This document shows, piece by piece, positions 38,632 through 52,692 of a stretch of 64,000 nt of DNA. A program made the position numbers and the translations under genes. The notes below the pieces were generated by a model, which saw only the letters and a list, made by a program, of their open reading frames with translations, did not search any database and was not told the origin of the DNA. Source of the stretch: Vermamoeba vermiformis (taxonomy: Eukaryota); assembly GCA_045837725.1 (NCBI GenBank), contig JBEWZL010000109.1, positions 1 to 64,000 of the forward strand. Reading direction: 5' to 3'. Position 1 is the stretch's first letter. Every line of letters begins with the position of its first letter.

Positions 38632-39805
38632 ATGAGCGACAACTCTAGCGTTCTATTCGAGCAACTCCCTTTGGAGCTTAACGTACTTATCATCAACTTA
38701 CTCGACGCTTACACTTTACTAGCGTAAGAAGTTAATTTCAAAAATTATTTATTTTAAAATTCAATAATTAATGTAGGGCATCTGCAACGTGCAAACGATG
38801 GCTAAATAATACCAAATATGTCGTAGATTTAGATATTTGCCTGTGCAAATCAAGACAAGTTGATACTGACCTAGATGCTGCAACGTACTCACCGTCAACA
38901 GAGCATTTTGCATGGAATGTTATCGAGCGTGCGTTAGCGAATTTTTTGCCGGAGAATCTTCGCTCTTTAACTATCAAACCGTACCTTAACGGTGAGAATA
39001 CGGTAACGGCAAGTAAGCTCGATTGTTAACCTAATCACCTAATGATCCTCTTTATTTATTATTATTATTATTACTAGGCTTTGTTTCAAAATTAACGCGC
39101 TTAGAGTCCTTGACGATTTACGACAGTGTCTTGTCACCAGCAGTGTACCAGCTAACGCAGCTGAAACATCTGAATATAGTTCGAAGGCTAGTGTGGGGCA
39201 ACAGATTAGGAAAGTGTATTGCTAATTGTACTAATTTGGAAACACTCTCTTTTCGTTGTGGACGCACTTCTTACCAATCGTACTCGTTTGAAGGTGTCAA
39301 ATCTGGAGCGCTGAAGAATTGCACGCGGCTCCAAATATATGATGCTAATAGCAGGTTAATACGGTTCGATTGTCTTGGAGAATTAACGCAATTGAAGCAA
39401 TTACATTTGGAACACGCCTACATTGACGACGAAATGTTTGATCACCTTGCGAAATTGACTAATTTGGAAGTATTGAACTTGGCTGGACTGCGAGCAGATG
39501 TGCCTGTTAACGATACTCTATTTGAATCGATGGAAATGCCAGAACCACTTGGAAACCCAAATCCGATCCGTAGTTTGCGGTACTTGACCAGCTTACACAA
39601 TTTGACTTATTTGGATATATCAGGGGTAGTTAAGCCCTTTATAGACGATTTTAACCTATTTAGCTCTGAATTTGACGTGGCTGAGCTTGTAACGAGTCAT
39701 TTGACAAAATTGAAGACGCTCAAGATTGCAGGGACTAATATTGGCGAGTTGAATGCTGCCAAATTGAAAAGTATTGGTGGATGGGCGGTAGAAAATATTT
39801 GTTGA
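38632..39805 (+). CDS. F-box / leucine-rich repeat protein, 3 exons
   Basis: FEQLPLELNVLII...ASATCKRW; LRRs such as LTNLEVLNL and LHNLTYLDIS. Confidence 0.85.
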
Positions 39806-39948
39806 ACATATTGTTCCAGCATGGCAAGCCGTGAAATGGTTTTTTCCGGACGGATAATGCGATCCACATTTACTCGAAGAATAAATAATTATTTCATAAG
39901 CAGTCTATTAATTTTGTAATACCTTACTGAAACGCTGATAGAATCTTG

Positions 39949-42527
39949 ATGACTGACAAAACGTTGGATGTTCAGTACGGCGATAAAAATCCTTTTTTAA
40001 GCGTCAGCCTAGTGTGGAACATGAAGTAACCACAATTTTTATTTATTATTAATAAAATATTTGTATCATATACGAGCCATAGTCGTAATCATCGCTGCAC
40101 TACAGAACTCCTTCGATCCAGATGAGGCACGCGACATTATTAATTACGCTTGGCTTAATATTCCTGGCATTACCATGGCATGTACACAGCGAAGAGCATA
40201 CAGGTATTGTTAATTTAAGGATAAAATACTAAATAATTTCGAAAATCAGTAAAAATACGAAAATTAATGAATAAATTCAATAAGGCTTAAGAATATATAC
40301 TGAAGCTAATCATATTATATTGTAGACGATTGCAGTTTTTATAGCGGCAAAGGATGCGTATTGTGTCTGTCAGGTCAATATTCAAGAAATAATTTTGATT
40401 GTGGTACGTCAAAATTGTCTAAAATTATGATTATATTGATGTATAATAACACGATAATACGATTTTTATAGAATATTGCCCGGAGACGAAAGTCTGCTTT
40501 AACAAAACAATTTCAACCTCGCGGATGTGTCATTCAAATTCGACAGATTCTAGCAAAGATATTATTATAAGCAATTATGAACAGTGCCCTAGCATCAATC
40601 AATGCATTTTGCAATATTTTTCGTTCAGCCCATTCGCATGTCAAGTTCCAGCTATTATTGGTTTCAAGTACGTTATTTAGATCAACAGCACATCAATTCT
40701 AATATCATATATTGACATATATATATTGTTAGTATTATGTGCATGGCAACCATTGTATTTATTATTGAAATCTTGTTGGCCTGGCGATTAGAAAAGAATA
40801 TTCAAAGGCGAACAAAACACGCATCATTTATACACGGTAATTTGACTCTTTATTAATATCACATTTGTTTTATGTATTAATAATATGTCATATAGGCGAG
40901 GTAGATGCAGACGACAAAAATATAGCGTTTTGTACGCGGTGTGGACACATTTTGTACAAGCAAGAAATGATGACGGATGCGCGATTGAATCCGACTTCGC
41001 GACTTGATTTCGACCCTGAGACGAATCAACTCGTTGTTAATTATGCATCTAATGAGCAAGATATTTACAAATGCAATTTGTGCAGGTATGAACACGTGCT
41101 GGAGAGTATTGTGCGCCGGTGTCGAAATTGACATTATTTTTCGTAGAACTGTCGAGAATTTAGAACGAGACTTGACTGCATATTCAGTCTACTTGCCTAT
41201 CGCATGGATATTTTGGCTATTTTGCTTCGAGAGCGTAAGTCCAAACAGTTCTATTTCGAGCATAACATACTGTCTGACACGTGTATCTTAGAGCGGATTT
41301 GTCGTATTCTTTACGTGCGGCTTCACGATGCACTTGATGATCTTGTCATTCATCCACATTGGTATGGGCATCAAAGACAAAATGTTCTTGAGTTTCTTGA
41401 CAATGGGCGGTGATGTTGAGCTGAAGTACTTGGACCAACAATCAAATTCCATTCTCGTTGAGAGCATTCAATCACAGAAGTTCCGTCAGAAAATATCTTA
41501 CGAGATGAAAGTTGGCGAGAAGGTAAAATTTAACGTCGGATGCGAATGTTAAAGGTGAGACTTTCTAATGTTGTGTTATAGTTACTATGGGCTGAAGAGA
41601 CAAGCTATCTACAAACAGCCAATGTAAAGGGCTTCTTAATCGGGTTATTATGTTTTATGACGTTGTTGTTCTTGATGTGTAAGTGCAATTGATGCTGGAA
41701 AGTAGCGGATCTAACCTTCTCCCTTAGGCATTGCCTATGCGATCTTTATTCAATGGTCACCAAACTCACGATTGGTACTGGCGATATCCATCTATTTATT
41801 GATAGTATCGGTGCTCGTTATGCGACAATTATTTAAACGACGCGCACACATCATCACGAACACTCGGTTCTTGTCGCTGTCGTTCACACCTTTCAACACA
41901 ATATTAGCAGCTGTCGTACCATTAGAACAGATCCAGGACGTGGCTTTATCGTCTATTCAAAGCAGCTTTGCATTTGGAACACTAGAAATCTTCCCACCGT
42001 TGACTGAAGTTGAACTATCGAGCTTGAAAGAGTTGCACCAAGAACAAGATTTCATCGGAGATATGCACGAGAAGTCAGTCTCGATCATCACACGCAAATC
42101 TAAGCGAGCATTGCTTAGTTTCAGTCCAGTGAAGGATACCGTTGGCTTGACTAAGACCCTCGTGGATCGATTGAAGTTCGAACACAGACCTGAACCAGAT
42201 CGCGAAGAGTCGTACAAGAAAATTACCAAATGGGGCAACTTGGTTATAGTAGCATTGGCTATTATAGTTTCAGGACTTTACGGCGCGTTGTTCGTATTCG
42301 CTGGATTAGAAAACATCGTGGTGCTATTTTTAGGAGGATTTTTATTGCTGATGATTAGCTTCATTGGATTTTGGTTCTATTTATCATTTATCCAATCGTT
42401 CATCAAGTTCAAATATTTTAATCCTTCAGTCGGCGAAAGGAAGATCAAGAAGAAAAAATCAAATGTAAATAACAGCAATCCTCTCGCCATCGATTTATCG
42501 CAGCAGTTAGTTGATATGGACATGTAA
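39949..42527 (+). CDS. Hypothetical multi-pass membrane protein with Cys-rich segments; start uncertain
   Basis: Series of GT-AG-bounded exons; CTRC and CNLC pairs; several TM helices; final ORF 41772-42527. Confidence 0.6.
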
Positions 42528-42611
42528 AATCGACTAATACCATTGTAAATAAAGCAACAGCATTCTAACTAAAAATTTGTAACGAGATCTGCTCATGAAA
42601 ATTTTTATATT

Positions 42612-44058
42612 CTAATTCGAGATATTAACAGCTTTCTTCTTACTAATACCCTTAACAGTAACATCCATCATTTTAACCACATTAGTACCTTCATATGTCA
42701 CACTGATGGCATTGAGTGGTGGAGGTCGTGGATGTTGCGCGTTGAAAACAACCAATCTGTCTTGCGGCTCAATAACCACCTCTTCAGGCCAATTATCCGT
42801 AAACGAATTATTTTTGAACGGCACTTCGATCGTATTAAAGTGGTGCGACACAAAGTGATAGAATTCCGTTCTTTTCCATTTGTTGTAATCGTGATGCTGC
42901 TTGGCAAAATGAATGTTCTTAAAACGATCACTAGGAGCACCAACCACATCGTATATTTTTTGTATATAAGGTGCTTCTCTTTTTGGAAAATGTTTAGTCC
43001 AATCATCGCCATCGCTAATGATGAGCAACGGCTTGGGAGCGATGTTAGCCGCGATCTCAGCATTGTTCGTTTTAATGCCAGGAGTCTCGTGGACTGGCAT
43101 GCCATCCTCGCACATCTCATCACCTGTGTAGTCTGAAGCTACCATCACCACTGGCGCACTCAACTGGATGCGTTGATCAGCGATCGAGACAAAAATACTC
43201 TATTAAAGAAATCTCGGTTAGAAGTGGTCTAAAAGTATTAAGTAATGTATTTAGTATAGTTTTTAAGGCTCTTACTTGAGTTCCACCACCAGATGCGCCA
43301 GTAACTCCGATTCTATTCGGATCGACCTCAGGCAAGGACTGTAAGAAGTCAATTACGCGCATGCTGTCCCAAGTCTGCAACATCAACACGTTCCAAGCAT
43401 CGTGATCGATTTGAGTGCTGTCTCCCCAGCCCACCATATCATAAGCAAACACCACTATACCCATCCGAGCCAATTGAGCACTTAGCGCTTGGCTGTCCGG
43501 TCTAGTGCGAGCATACCACCCTAATGAACAATTAATATGATGCTATAAAATACTCGTTACATTGAATTTGTACTGAACGGAGATGCTCAATTTCGAAATT
43601 TTGATAGAAATGTGCGTATGTAGATCTTTTTATAAAAATATTATTATAATTATAATGATATTATTGTGGGCATATATGGATGGCGTACCTTTTTCAGGGA
43701 AGTGGCCGTGCGGATGTAAAATTCCAGGGACAGGTCCAGAAGCGTTCAAAGGCATATACAAATTACCAGTAACATAGAATTTAGGAAAAGATTCGAAATA
43801 AACATTTTCCACTGAATAATCGTAATAAGTTCTGCGACTGTGACGTACCACATTCAAAGGACATCTCTGAGGCAACGGATCCAGCAACGCTGCTTCGAGG
43901 AAATGATGTCTTACAGTTGCAGCGCGTGAATTCCATATTACATCATTTACTACGAATTGACTAAGCACGCGCAAGTCTGATTCGGATTCATCTGCTCGTC
44001 CGTTTTGCACCAAGAATAAGCACAATAGCGCACTTACAAGCACTATATTGCGCACCAT
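42612..44058 (-). CDS. Secreted acetyl-xylan-esterase-like alpha/beta hydrolase, 3 exons
   Basis: Signal peptide; YSVENVYFES, VTGNLYMP, HPHGH, YDMVGWGD and nucleophile GVTGASGGGTQ. Confidence 0.88.
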
Positions 44059-44543
44059 TATGGTCCTCTGTAGTTGATTTAGATTGATTAATATTTGTTC
44101 CCAAAGCGAAAAAAACGGTTTTTTCAGGCACGTGCCTTCAACCACCAAAATATCTTGACGTCTTTTGCGCTCATTTATTAGTTGTTGTAATTAGTAGTAT
44201 AGGCAATACTCTAACTCCTCCATAATATTCAAAGATCGTCCTGGTAAATGATAAACTAATTACTTGAATTTATTGCGACGGATCTTCGCTATTGACTTAT
44301 TAAATGTAAATCATTTCTATAGTATCAAGTATATATTTTGGCATCGTATAATGCAGGTTCTTATTGTTTATATTGCGGATCATGCATTTATTGTTTAATT
44401 TCGAACTTTGCTAAATTATTTATTAATTTAAAAATAAATAATTTAAGGATAATTTTACTTTACCATTCACGATTATTGGTCGTGTTATTATCGAATTAAG
44501 GTAATTAATTACATTTATTTTTTTGGACAGGTCGATAAAAGCA

Positions 44544-46745
44544 ATGGAGAACAATACTACGGAGGTGCAAAATGATAACGAGCAAAAAATCGTATCAGAA
44601 ATAATTAACGAGATGGTCGAGGACTATAATATCAGCAAAAATTATTCAACCGAACCATTGACAGAAAACGTCGATCCGGATCTGCCTCCAAGCTACGACC
44701 CAACAGCTCCAAATAACAATACAAATCAATCTATTATCGGAGGGCTAAATAATACTCAAGTGGATATTAATAGCGCTAACGGAACTGGATCTGGATTGTT
44801 AGTGCCTCAGAACAGACCCTTGCCTCGCTTCAAATTATTTAGAATTATTGGAAGCTATCGAAAAGGCGTACTTCAATTTGTGGTCGAAGAATTACGCAGA
44901 TTAGGATTCAGATTGGCTCACCCTTCTGTTCCGTTCGAGCAAATCCACGTATTTTGGAGCAGATCTTTTGCGCCGCACTTGACAAACTTGCGAAGCCACC
45001 AAAAAGTTAATTTCTTGCCTGCTATGGCTGAAGTATGCCGTAAGGACTTCCTCAATAGTAAGTTTCGGATGCAGTTCCATGCTTTTTTTGTACAAACAAT
45101 TATTTCCATTTCTTGAAATTTAAATCGTTCAAAAAGATTGTAACTCACTTAATAATATATAGGAAATATTCGCAAGGCTAGAGCGAAATATCCAGACCAC
45201 GCTGAAGTGAGATCTAGATCCTAACTATTTTACTCTCAGTACTTACGTGCTCGCTTGTAGGTTTATAATTTCTGGCCTATTGGATTCAATCTGCCGCACG
45301 AGATCGAAGACATGCGAGCATTTGTGGACGAACAGAAGCAGAAAGGAAATCTCGATATGACTGGTCCGTTCATTTTAAAGCCGCCTCTTGCTGCTCGTGG
45401 AGAAGGTATTATCCACAGTAATTAAATAAGCGAATTAATATTAATATTTTGTTCAGGTATTCGCTTAGTAGCTAATGTTGACGAAGTGGATCTGAACGAT
45501 GAGTGGTACGCACAAAAAATTCCGTTGGCTCAACTGTAAGTGCTATTATGACACATTATATGAGCTAATTAGATTTTAGATATGTCAAAGACCCATTGCT
45601 TATTGAAGGCTTCAAAATCACTTTCCGAATTTACGCTGCTTTGACCTCGCTGGATCCAACAGTCGTGTATGTTTATCCTGGAGGACTCGGAAGAATATGT
45701 TCAGAGAAGTAAGTAATAGGTGGCGGCTATATTATATTTATAGAGTATTAATACATTTTGAAGGTACAAGTTGGAGCTTGATTCGTTGAAAAACCTCGAG
45801 ATCCACTTGACTAACTACGACTTGAACGTGCACAACGAACAAAATTTTAACGATCTAGTCGGTGATTCGATACAACATGACGGCCTTAGAGTGTACGTAT
45901 TATGAGAGTAGTAGATACTTCGTTAGGTTTGTTAATTAACGGATCCAAACAGTGACTTGGAATATTTCTTCGATTACTTGAAAGAACGAAACAGAATTAC
46001 CGATCAACAAATTGAATACGTGTGGCAACAGATCAAATCGTTGGTAGGCAAGACCTTTATTTCGTCCGAGTCTACCATTTCATTGTGGGTCCATAGAAAA
46101 GTTCCTAAACGGTACTGCAAAAGCGATAAATTGTTATTTCCAAATTTAGTAATATTTTTTCTTTTGCAGATCCAACAGCTTTGAGTTGACAGGTTTTGAT
46201 ATCCTTATTGATTCTAGCTTCAAAGTATGGTTGTTAGAAGTCAATCATACTCCTTCGCTGTCACCGCACACAGAACTCGAGAACAAATTGAAGCGCATGA
46301 TGATTCGTGATTTATTGCAATTAGTTGATATTGAGAATAAGACTCAAAGGCAGATCTCGCAAGAAGCCGACAGAAAATACGCTTACGTCTGCAAGTACGT
46401 CTTTATTTTATATAAATTAAAAGGTACAATTATTTATGGGCTATTTATAGGCTCAATGAAGAATCTCCGGCCGCTGAAACAGATCCGCTGATTAACGAAG
46501 ACGGCACGGTCAATATTAAGAAATTGACGCGCATGGACATTGTTACTATTGTCTCGACTGAGATACAAGATCAACACAAAGGTCTGTGGCAACGAGCATT
46601 CCCTATTGCCGAGTCACTGGACTACGTTTCAGTCGTTGAAAATCGCAGATCGCGCTTGCTCGTACATTGGTTCGCGAATAATATGGACTCGAACGAATGC
46701 TTACTGCCGCCTGAAGAGAGACCTGTCAAATCTCAAGACGAATAA
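44544..46745 (+). CDS. Tubulin-tyrosine-ligase-like (TTLL) ATP-grasp enzyme; further 5' exons likely
   Basis: QKVNFLP, FILKPPLAARGEGI, YVKDPLLIEG, HLTNYDLN and FELTGFDILID...WLLEVNHTPSL. Confidence 0.9.
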
Positions 46746-46901
46746 GCATATCAATAAATAAGCTGTTTCATTACAAGTTAATTTTTTCAGCTGCATCCGG
46801 AAAAACTTTTCGGTCAAACAAAGTCAAATCAACGGACACTTGGCTGTCAAATTGCTCCGCGAAGTAATTCAGTTATAAGTCAATATCAGTACCATATTAA
46901 A

Positions 46902-48503
46902 ATGCAAGAAGCAATCTTCCATCAGATCAAACAGCTGATCCCTAAGTTGAGCAGACACGCTCATAAGGGTAAATACTATAGAGCTGTCAAATTAATTTCC
47001 ATACTGTAATAACCATGTATATTTATGTTTAGGACAAGGAGGTAAAGTTGGAGTATTGGGCGGCTCTTTTGAATATACTGGTGCTCCTTACTACGTCGGC
47101 ATCTCCGCTCTAAAAACTGTAAGAATTTTAATTCTTATTTTCATTAATGTGTTATGATGTGCTGAAGCTTGTCGTATGATAGAATTATCTATAATTCATG
47201 CACGAGCTTTTTAAAAATAAATATCCAAGTTGCAAAGGTTTTTTTCATGAAATTGCCAAAAATCGTACACCTTTACTGCTATACTAATAATATGAATATT
47301 TAGGGTGCTGATCTTACATACGTCTTTTGCACAAAAAGCGCAGGTACTGCGATCAAGTCGTACAATCCAGAACTGATCGTCCTTCCTGCCCTCAAAACTG
47401 CAGACGAGTAAGAATAAATACATTTCGAAAAAATTCTTATGGTTTGTTAACGGTAATTTTACTCAAGATGGAAGGAGGACTCGCGTTCTGTCGAAGAAGT
47501 CGCTGCGAGTGTCAACAAGTGGCTGGATGCAGTGCAGTCTTTAGTCATCGGACCTGGTCTCAGTCGCGATGAGAAAATACAAGTACGTAGTACATTTGTA
47601 TATGATCATTTAGGAGAAAGGAACTTCAAACCGGATCTGGATCTGATCCTTTGCCTAATTAGGAAACAGCAGCATTGATCTTAAAAGAAGCGAAGAAAAA
47701 ACATTTGCCCATTGTGATTGACGGCGATGGCTTGTGGCTCGTGAAAAATCAGCCCGACATTATTCGTGGTTACGATTTGGCTTTGTTGACCCCAAATACT
47801 GTTGAATACGCGTAAGTCACTCATTCATCCTCTTATACTAATTATTATTAATACTAATGTTATGACGTTATAGGCGATTATGTGAGGCTATTTTGAATGT
47901 CAAAGCTGACGAAGCTAAAGCCAATCAAAAAGAATATTTGACGAAGTTAGCTCAAAAGTACGTTCCATAATACATTTAAATATTTATATATCATTCTATA
48001 ATTATTTAACTTAATCTAACGTGCCGTGCTGTAGTTTGAAGGTGACGATCTTGGCGAAAGGTGAAAAGGACATGGTCTCGGACGGCGACACAGTGCTCGA
48101 ATGTGACGTGAAAGGTGGTCTGAAGCGCAGTGGTGGTCAAGGTGATTTGTTGGCTGGTGCCGTGGCTACTTTCAGCAACTGGTTCAACAGCGAACAAGGC
48201 AAAAAAATCGACGTGTGAGTGTCACTTACGATATTTGCGGCACCGTTGTATAATATCAATATGACTCATATTGTTATATTATATAGTAAGCCTCTCGAGG
48301 GCTCTAATACCAAGGCTTACTCAAGGTTAGTTCTCGCAGCCTATGCTGGATCCGCTTTGATCAAAACATGCTCACACGAGGCTTTTGTGAAGTACGGCCG
48401 TTCAACGACTAACACGAATTTGATTGAATATATTGGCGATTCATTCGACCATTTATTTGAGCACGAGGAGTTCTCGAGTGCTAAGAACAGATCTAGCTTG
48501 TAA
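46902..48503 (+). CDS. NAXD: ATP-dependent NAD(P)H-hydrate dehydratase
   Basis: [41 protein letters not shown] and [12 protein letters not shown]. Confidence 0.95.
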
Positions 48504-48733
48504 ATATTGACTGCGAATTCCGTTCAAATAAATGATACTAGGACTATATTGTTATTGAATAGTCCCCTTTGCACTGTCTTTTATCTAGTATCTATCTACT
48601 ATAAAACGTCTTGCGGTGATCAGAAGTTGAATTAGATCCGGGTTTGAAAAAGTATTGAAGGGTGCTTTTCTTCTGACCTCGGTGCTTCAATTGAATAGCT
48701 CAAGTAAGCAGTTGATCAGATCCACCTAGTATA

Positions 48734-49903
48734 TTATAGGATATTCTTCTTATTCGTTGGTGATAGTTTCCAAGTTTGTCGAATGAAATTTGGGATCTGC
48801 AGATCTGCTCGAGGCTGTAATGATTGGTCGTAGAATTGTGATACGTATTTGAGTGTTTTAGGATCTGATGGGTATCCTATTAAATAAATAGGTAAATAAA
48901 TGAGATGCAGAATACGAATATAACGGAGTTTTTTCCGTACCGGATCCAAGTTCTACATTATGAATCTGTTCTAATTCTTTAATAGCCCTATCTCGCTCTA
49001 CTTTAGCTATTATAGATGCGGCAGATACTACAGTCTATTATTATATCGTTAATAATGCCGTTTAATTGGATCTGAAACTTACGTATTTCGAATCTGCTCC
49101 GTGCTGGCAAATAACTTCTGTTCTTTGATCAGTAGCGTCTATACTTAGCATATTTTCGAAGTGTGCACCATATCTCGCTGGTTTAATGTCAACTGAGTCG
49201 ATATACAACGATTTTAAAGTTGATAATTGCTGCGTTTGAAGCTTTTGGCGGATCTGACGAATGACTTCGAGCATCATTTCTAGCTCTATTTGATTTAGTG
49301 ATACTCCACTCTAATAATATAGTAATTAGCAAATGAAAATAAATGTTGTTGAGTAGATTTGGCTGATCTTAAAATTTTAGCGGCTTACTCGTCGTTTGGC
49401 ATCGATTTCATGAGCTTGAATAGGCAAAGATACTATAGCCACTGCATTGTCTTTAATCCAATCATATAACATGGCTCGTTTCTTGGGTACTAAGCAATAA
49501 ATATTTTAGCTATCATAAACATGGTTCTGGATGTCGCTTGAGCTTCGCGTAAATATGCTTTGAGGAATATAAGTACTTACAAATAGCCTTAGAATCTTTA
49601 ATACCTATTTCTTTGAATTTATTCTCTTGTCTTTCGTCCAAAACAATTCCCGCCACGATCTGCGTAATATTTTGAATAATAAATAAATTGTAATATTAAA
49701 TTGATACTACATACCATTGGGCCAATTAAAGGACCACGTCCTGCTTCATCAATACCTGCAATTAAAAATCGCTGTGCCGTGCAGTAACGACGACTAGATT
49801 TGCATCCATTGTTGCTTAGTTTCAAAACTAGATTATCGTGCTTGCTTTGTATAAATAGCCTTCTATTAAATACAGTAATGTAGCGTGTTGTGTTTGATAA
49901 CAT
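48734..49903 (-). CDS. Ribonuclease HII with N-terminal extension, 6 exons
   Basis: IAGIDEAGRGPLIGPM, DSK, YIDSVD, ADSKYTVVSAASIIAKVERD, GSGYPSDPKT and FIRQTW; all introns join in frame. Confidence 0.93.
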
Positions 49904-50173
49904 GATTCTTTCGAAATAGTTCGGATGGGTGGATCCAAAAATATCCGAAGAAAAGTCGGTGGCAAATTCAATGAAGAAACTCTATGAAAGTCGTGTATAA
50001 GTGCTACAGTGTTATGAATATAAACTGCACACCGTTTTTTAACAATTTTTTCTTATCAGGACCTGTCGTCCCGTCAATCGATTTTGCGCAACCAATTGAT
50101 TCTGTTGAAATTATTATTTTCTAGCACAAGAGCACACTACCTTCTTATTTATTTTATTATAAGTGCTCGCAAC

Positions 50174-50983
50174 ATGTTTAAAATAAGACTGAAATCGCTG
50201 TTAGCCATCAGTTTGTGCTTCGTAGCTTGCATTCAGTTTGTAACTGCTATAGATCACGTTAAATGCAGCAATATTACAACAGGCATGAAAATTAATGGTC
50301 AATTAAGCTTTACACATCAAACAGACTGCTTTATTGTGCAAAAACACGATGCGACATCTGATCGACTTCGAGTTATTACAAGAGGCGAAGTTAGCCAAGA
50401 AGAATATTATATATGCACATATGTAACTCAAGATAATCACGGACTTGGTGGCGGATGCGCTGCGCAATATAGAAAGCAAAATTATAACATCTGCCCTCAA
50501 ACCTATTCTCCAGGTAAAATCACCGACCCTTCACAGTAATACTATTTATTTAAGACATTATTACGTATTTTAATTATAATAATAGAGCTTTATTTTCGTT
50601 CCCCAAATTATGTCGTAAAATTATCATTAATTTTCTGATCAGTCGGAAGCTCCGTCGTAATTACGATTTCATGCGCAACGAAGCCTCACGGATGTGAATA
50701 TATGCTCGATGGGTCTTATACTATGACAGCCACTTGGGGTAAGCACAGTCAATAGATTATACTTCTAGATTTCACATGATTTTTATTCCGAATTAAAAAT
50801 CGCCGTTACACCTTGTAATAGGCATCCATATAATATACAATATGACTACTAAGATTACTAACGGTATATTTAATATTTATAGTGCAAACTGAAGCTCAAT
50901 GTGTCTCACGGGCAGAAAGTTCAGCAGATGGGTTAAAATTCGGGCTTAGTTTCCTTTTAGCGATGCTGCTTTTATCATTCTAA
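50174..50983 (+). CDS. Small Cys-rich secreted, probably GPI-anchored protein, 3 exons
   Basis: Signal peptide; C-terminal SSADGLKFGLSFLLAMLLLSF hydrophobic tail. Confidence 0.7.
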
Positions 50984-51311
50984 TATTAGAATTGGAATGA
51001 TATTATTGTAAATTTGATAATTTTTGGAATGTATTATACTTGGCAGTAAAGCTAGCTCAATTTAAACCAGATCGCGCTCGGGAAACAGATCCGCCCCTGA
51101 TCTGCTTAGATTTATTATAGAACGATGTGACATTAGTTTTATATTACATTCTGATCTTATTCGAGCGTTATTGAACCGCCGGATCTCACAAGGATGGTTC
51201 AGTGAAAAAAATTTCAGAATTTCTTGTGTTTTGAGTTGGGACAGCTGTTAATTCACTTATTTGTCGCGCTACGAAGTACCACTAGTGCTAAATTAATATA
51301 TAAACTAAGCA

Positions 51312-52692
51312 ATGAGTGCCCACGATCAAGTCGAGCTCGTTCCTGAAGAGGAGATCGCAGCAGTAATGCGCGAGATTCAGGATCACATCTGCAACTGGCT
51401 TGTAAAGAATTTTGGACAGACTTATCACGAAGATAAATGGAACTATGCTCCGAAAGGTGAAGGAGGTGGCATTACTCGTGTTTGGGAAAATGATATTACG
51501 GATGGAGCTGAAATTGGCGACAAATTGCTAGAGAAGGGCGGAGTTAATTTCAGCGCTATCTATGGCCCTGATTTGCCTAAGTAAGTACTACTATACTAAT
51601 ATTATTGATAATTAACAATATAGAGCTGTGTCCGAGCCATCAATTTGAAATGTCTAAAAAAACCAAAAAAAAAAATCTGAAATTAATATTGCAATCGATT
51701 TTGCCTATTATTTAGTTATAAATACGATAATTAATTGCACAAAATTCGTATTGAATATGACTAACAATGTCAAAAATACATCCAGACCTGCTTTGGCCCA
51801 AATATCAGCCTTATTTAAGAACGCACCTCCCACACAAGGTGACAAGCCTTTATCAGCTCCCTTCTTCGCTACAGGCATTTCTCTCGTGCTACATCCGTTC
51901 AACCCGCACGTGCCCACGATCCACATGAACGTGCGATATTTCCAGGTCACAATCCCAGACCACACAGCACCCAATGGCAAGAGAGTGCAATGGTGGTTCG
52001 GCGGCGGCATTGACTTGACGCCTTACTACCCCAAGATCGAACAAGTCATCGGCTTTCATCAGGGCCTCGCGCAAGTTTGTGCCCGTCACGGCGAAGATTT
52101 CAACAAACACAAAGCTGTGTGCGACACTTACTTCACGATAACGCATCGCAAAGAGATGCGCGGTGTGGGTGGCATATTCTTCGATCATATGCATCACAAA
52201 TCTCCGAAGTGAGTTCATTCTACAAAAAATTTTGTTTGATCCGCATCCAAATCCACCTTATTCATTCTGAAAATACTTTCTAAATATTATTAATAGCACG
52301 TACTAATTAATATTAATATTTTTAGAGAGATTTTGGCGTTTATTCGAGATCTTGGTATCTCCTTCACAGATTTGTACGCACCTTTCGCGCTGAACAACAG
52401 AACCTTGCCCTACACTCCCCGACAACGAAATTTCCAACTAATTCGTCGTGGCCGTTACGTCGAGTTTAACTTGTGCTACGATCGAGGCACGAAATTTGGT
52501 TTGGAATCAGAAGGCCGCACCGAATCCATTTTAATGTCACTGCCCGTCACGGCAAAATGGCGCTATAATTGGCAACCGGACGATGACGGTCCCGAAAAGG
52601 AAATTTCGAGCTGGTATTACCAACCGCAGGATTACGTCGGATTAGATCTGAAGAAATTTGCAGCCGAACATCCCGCACTTTCAGCACTGTAA
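51312..52692 (+). CDS. CPOX: Oxygen-dependent coproporphyrinogen III oxidase, 3 exons
   Basis: EKGGVNFS, HPFNPHVPTIHMNVRYF, WFGGGIDLTP, RGVGGIFFD and RRGRYVEFNLCYDRGTKFGL. Confidence 0.97.

Noticed and set aside
48646-48675. PIP-box-like peptide QKKSTLQYFF downstream of RNase HII
   Set aside because: Out of frame with the CDS, preceded by a stop, and with no usable donor to splice it in; treated as 3' UTR coincidence.
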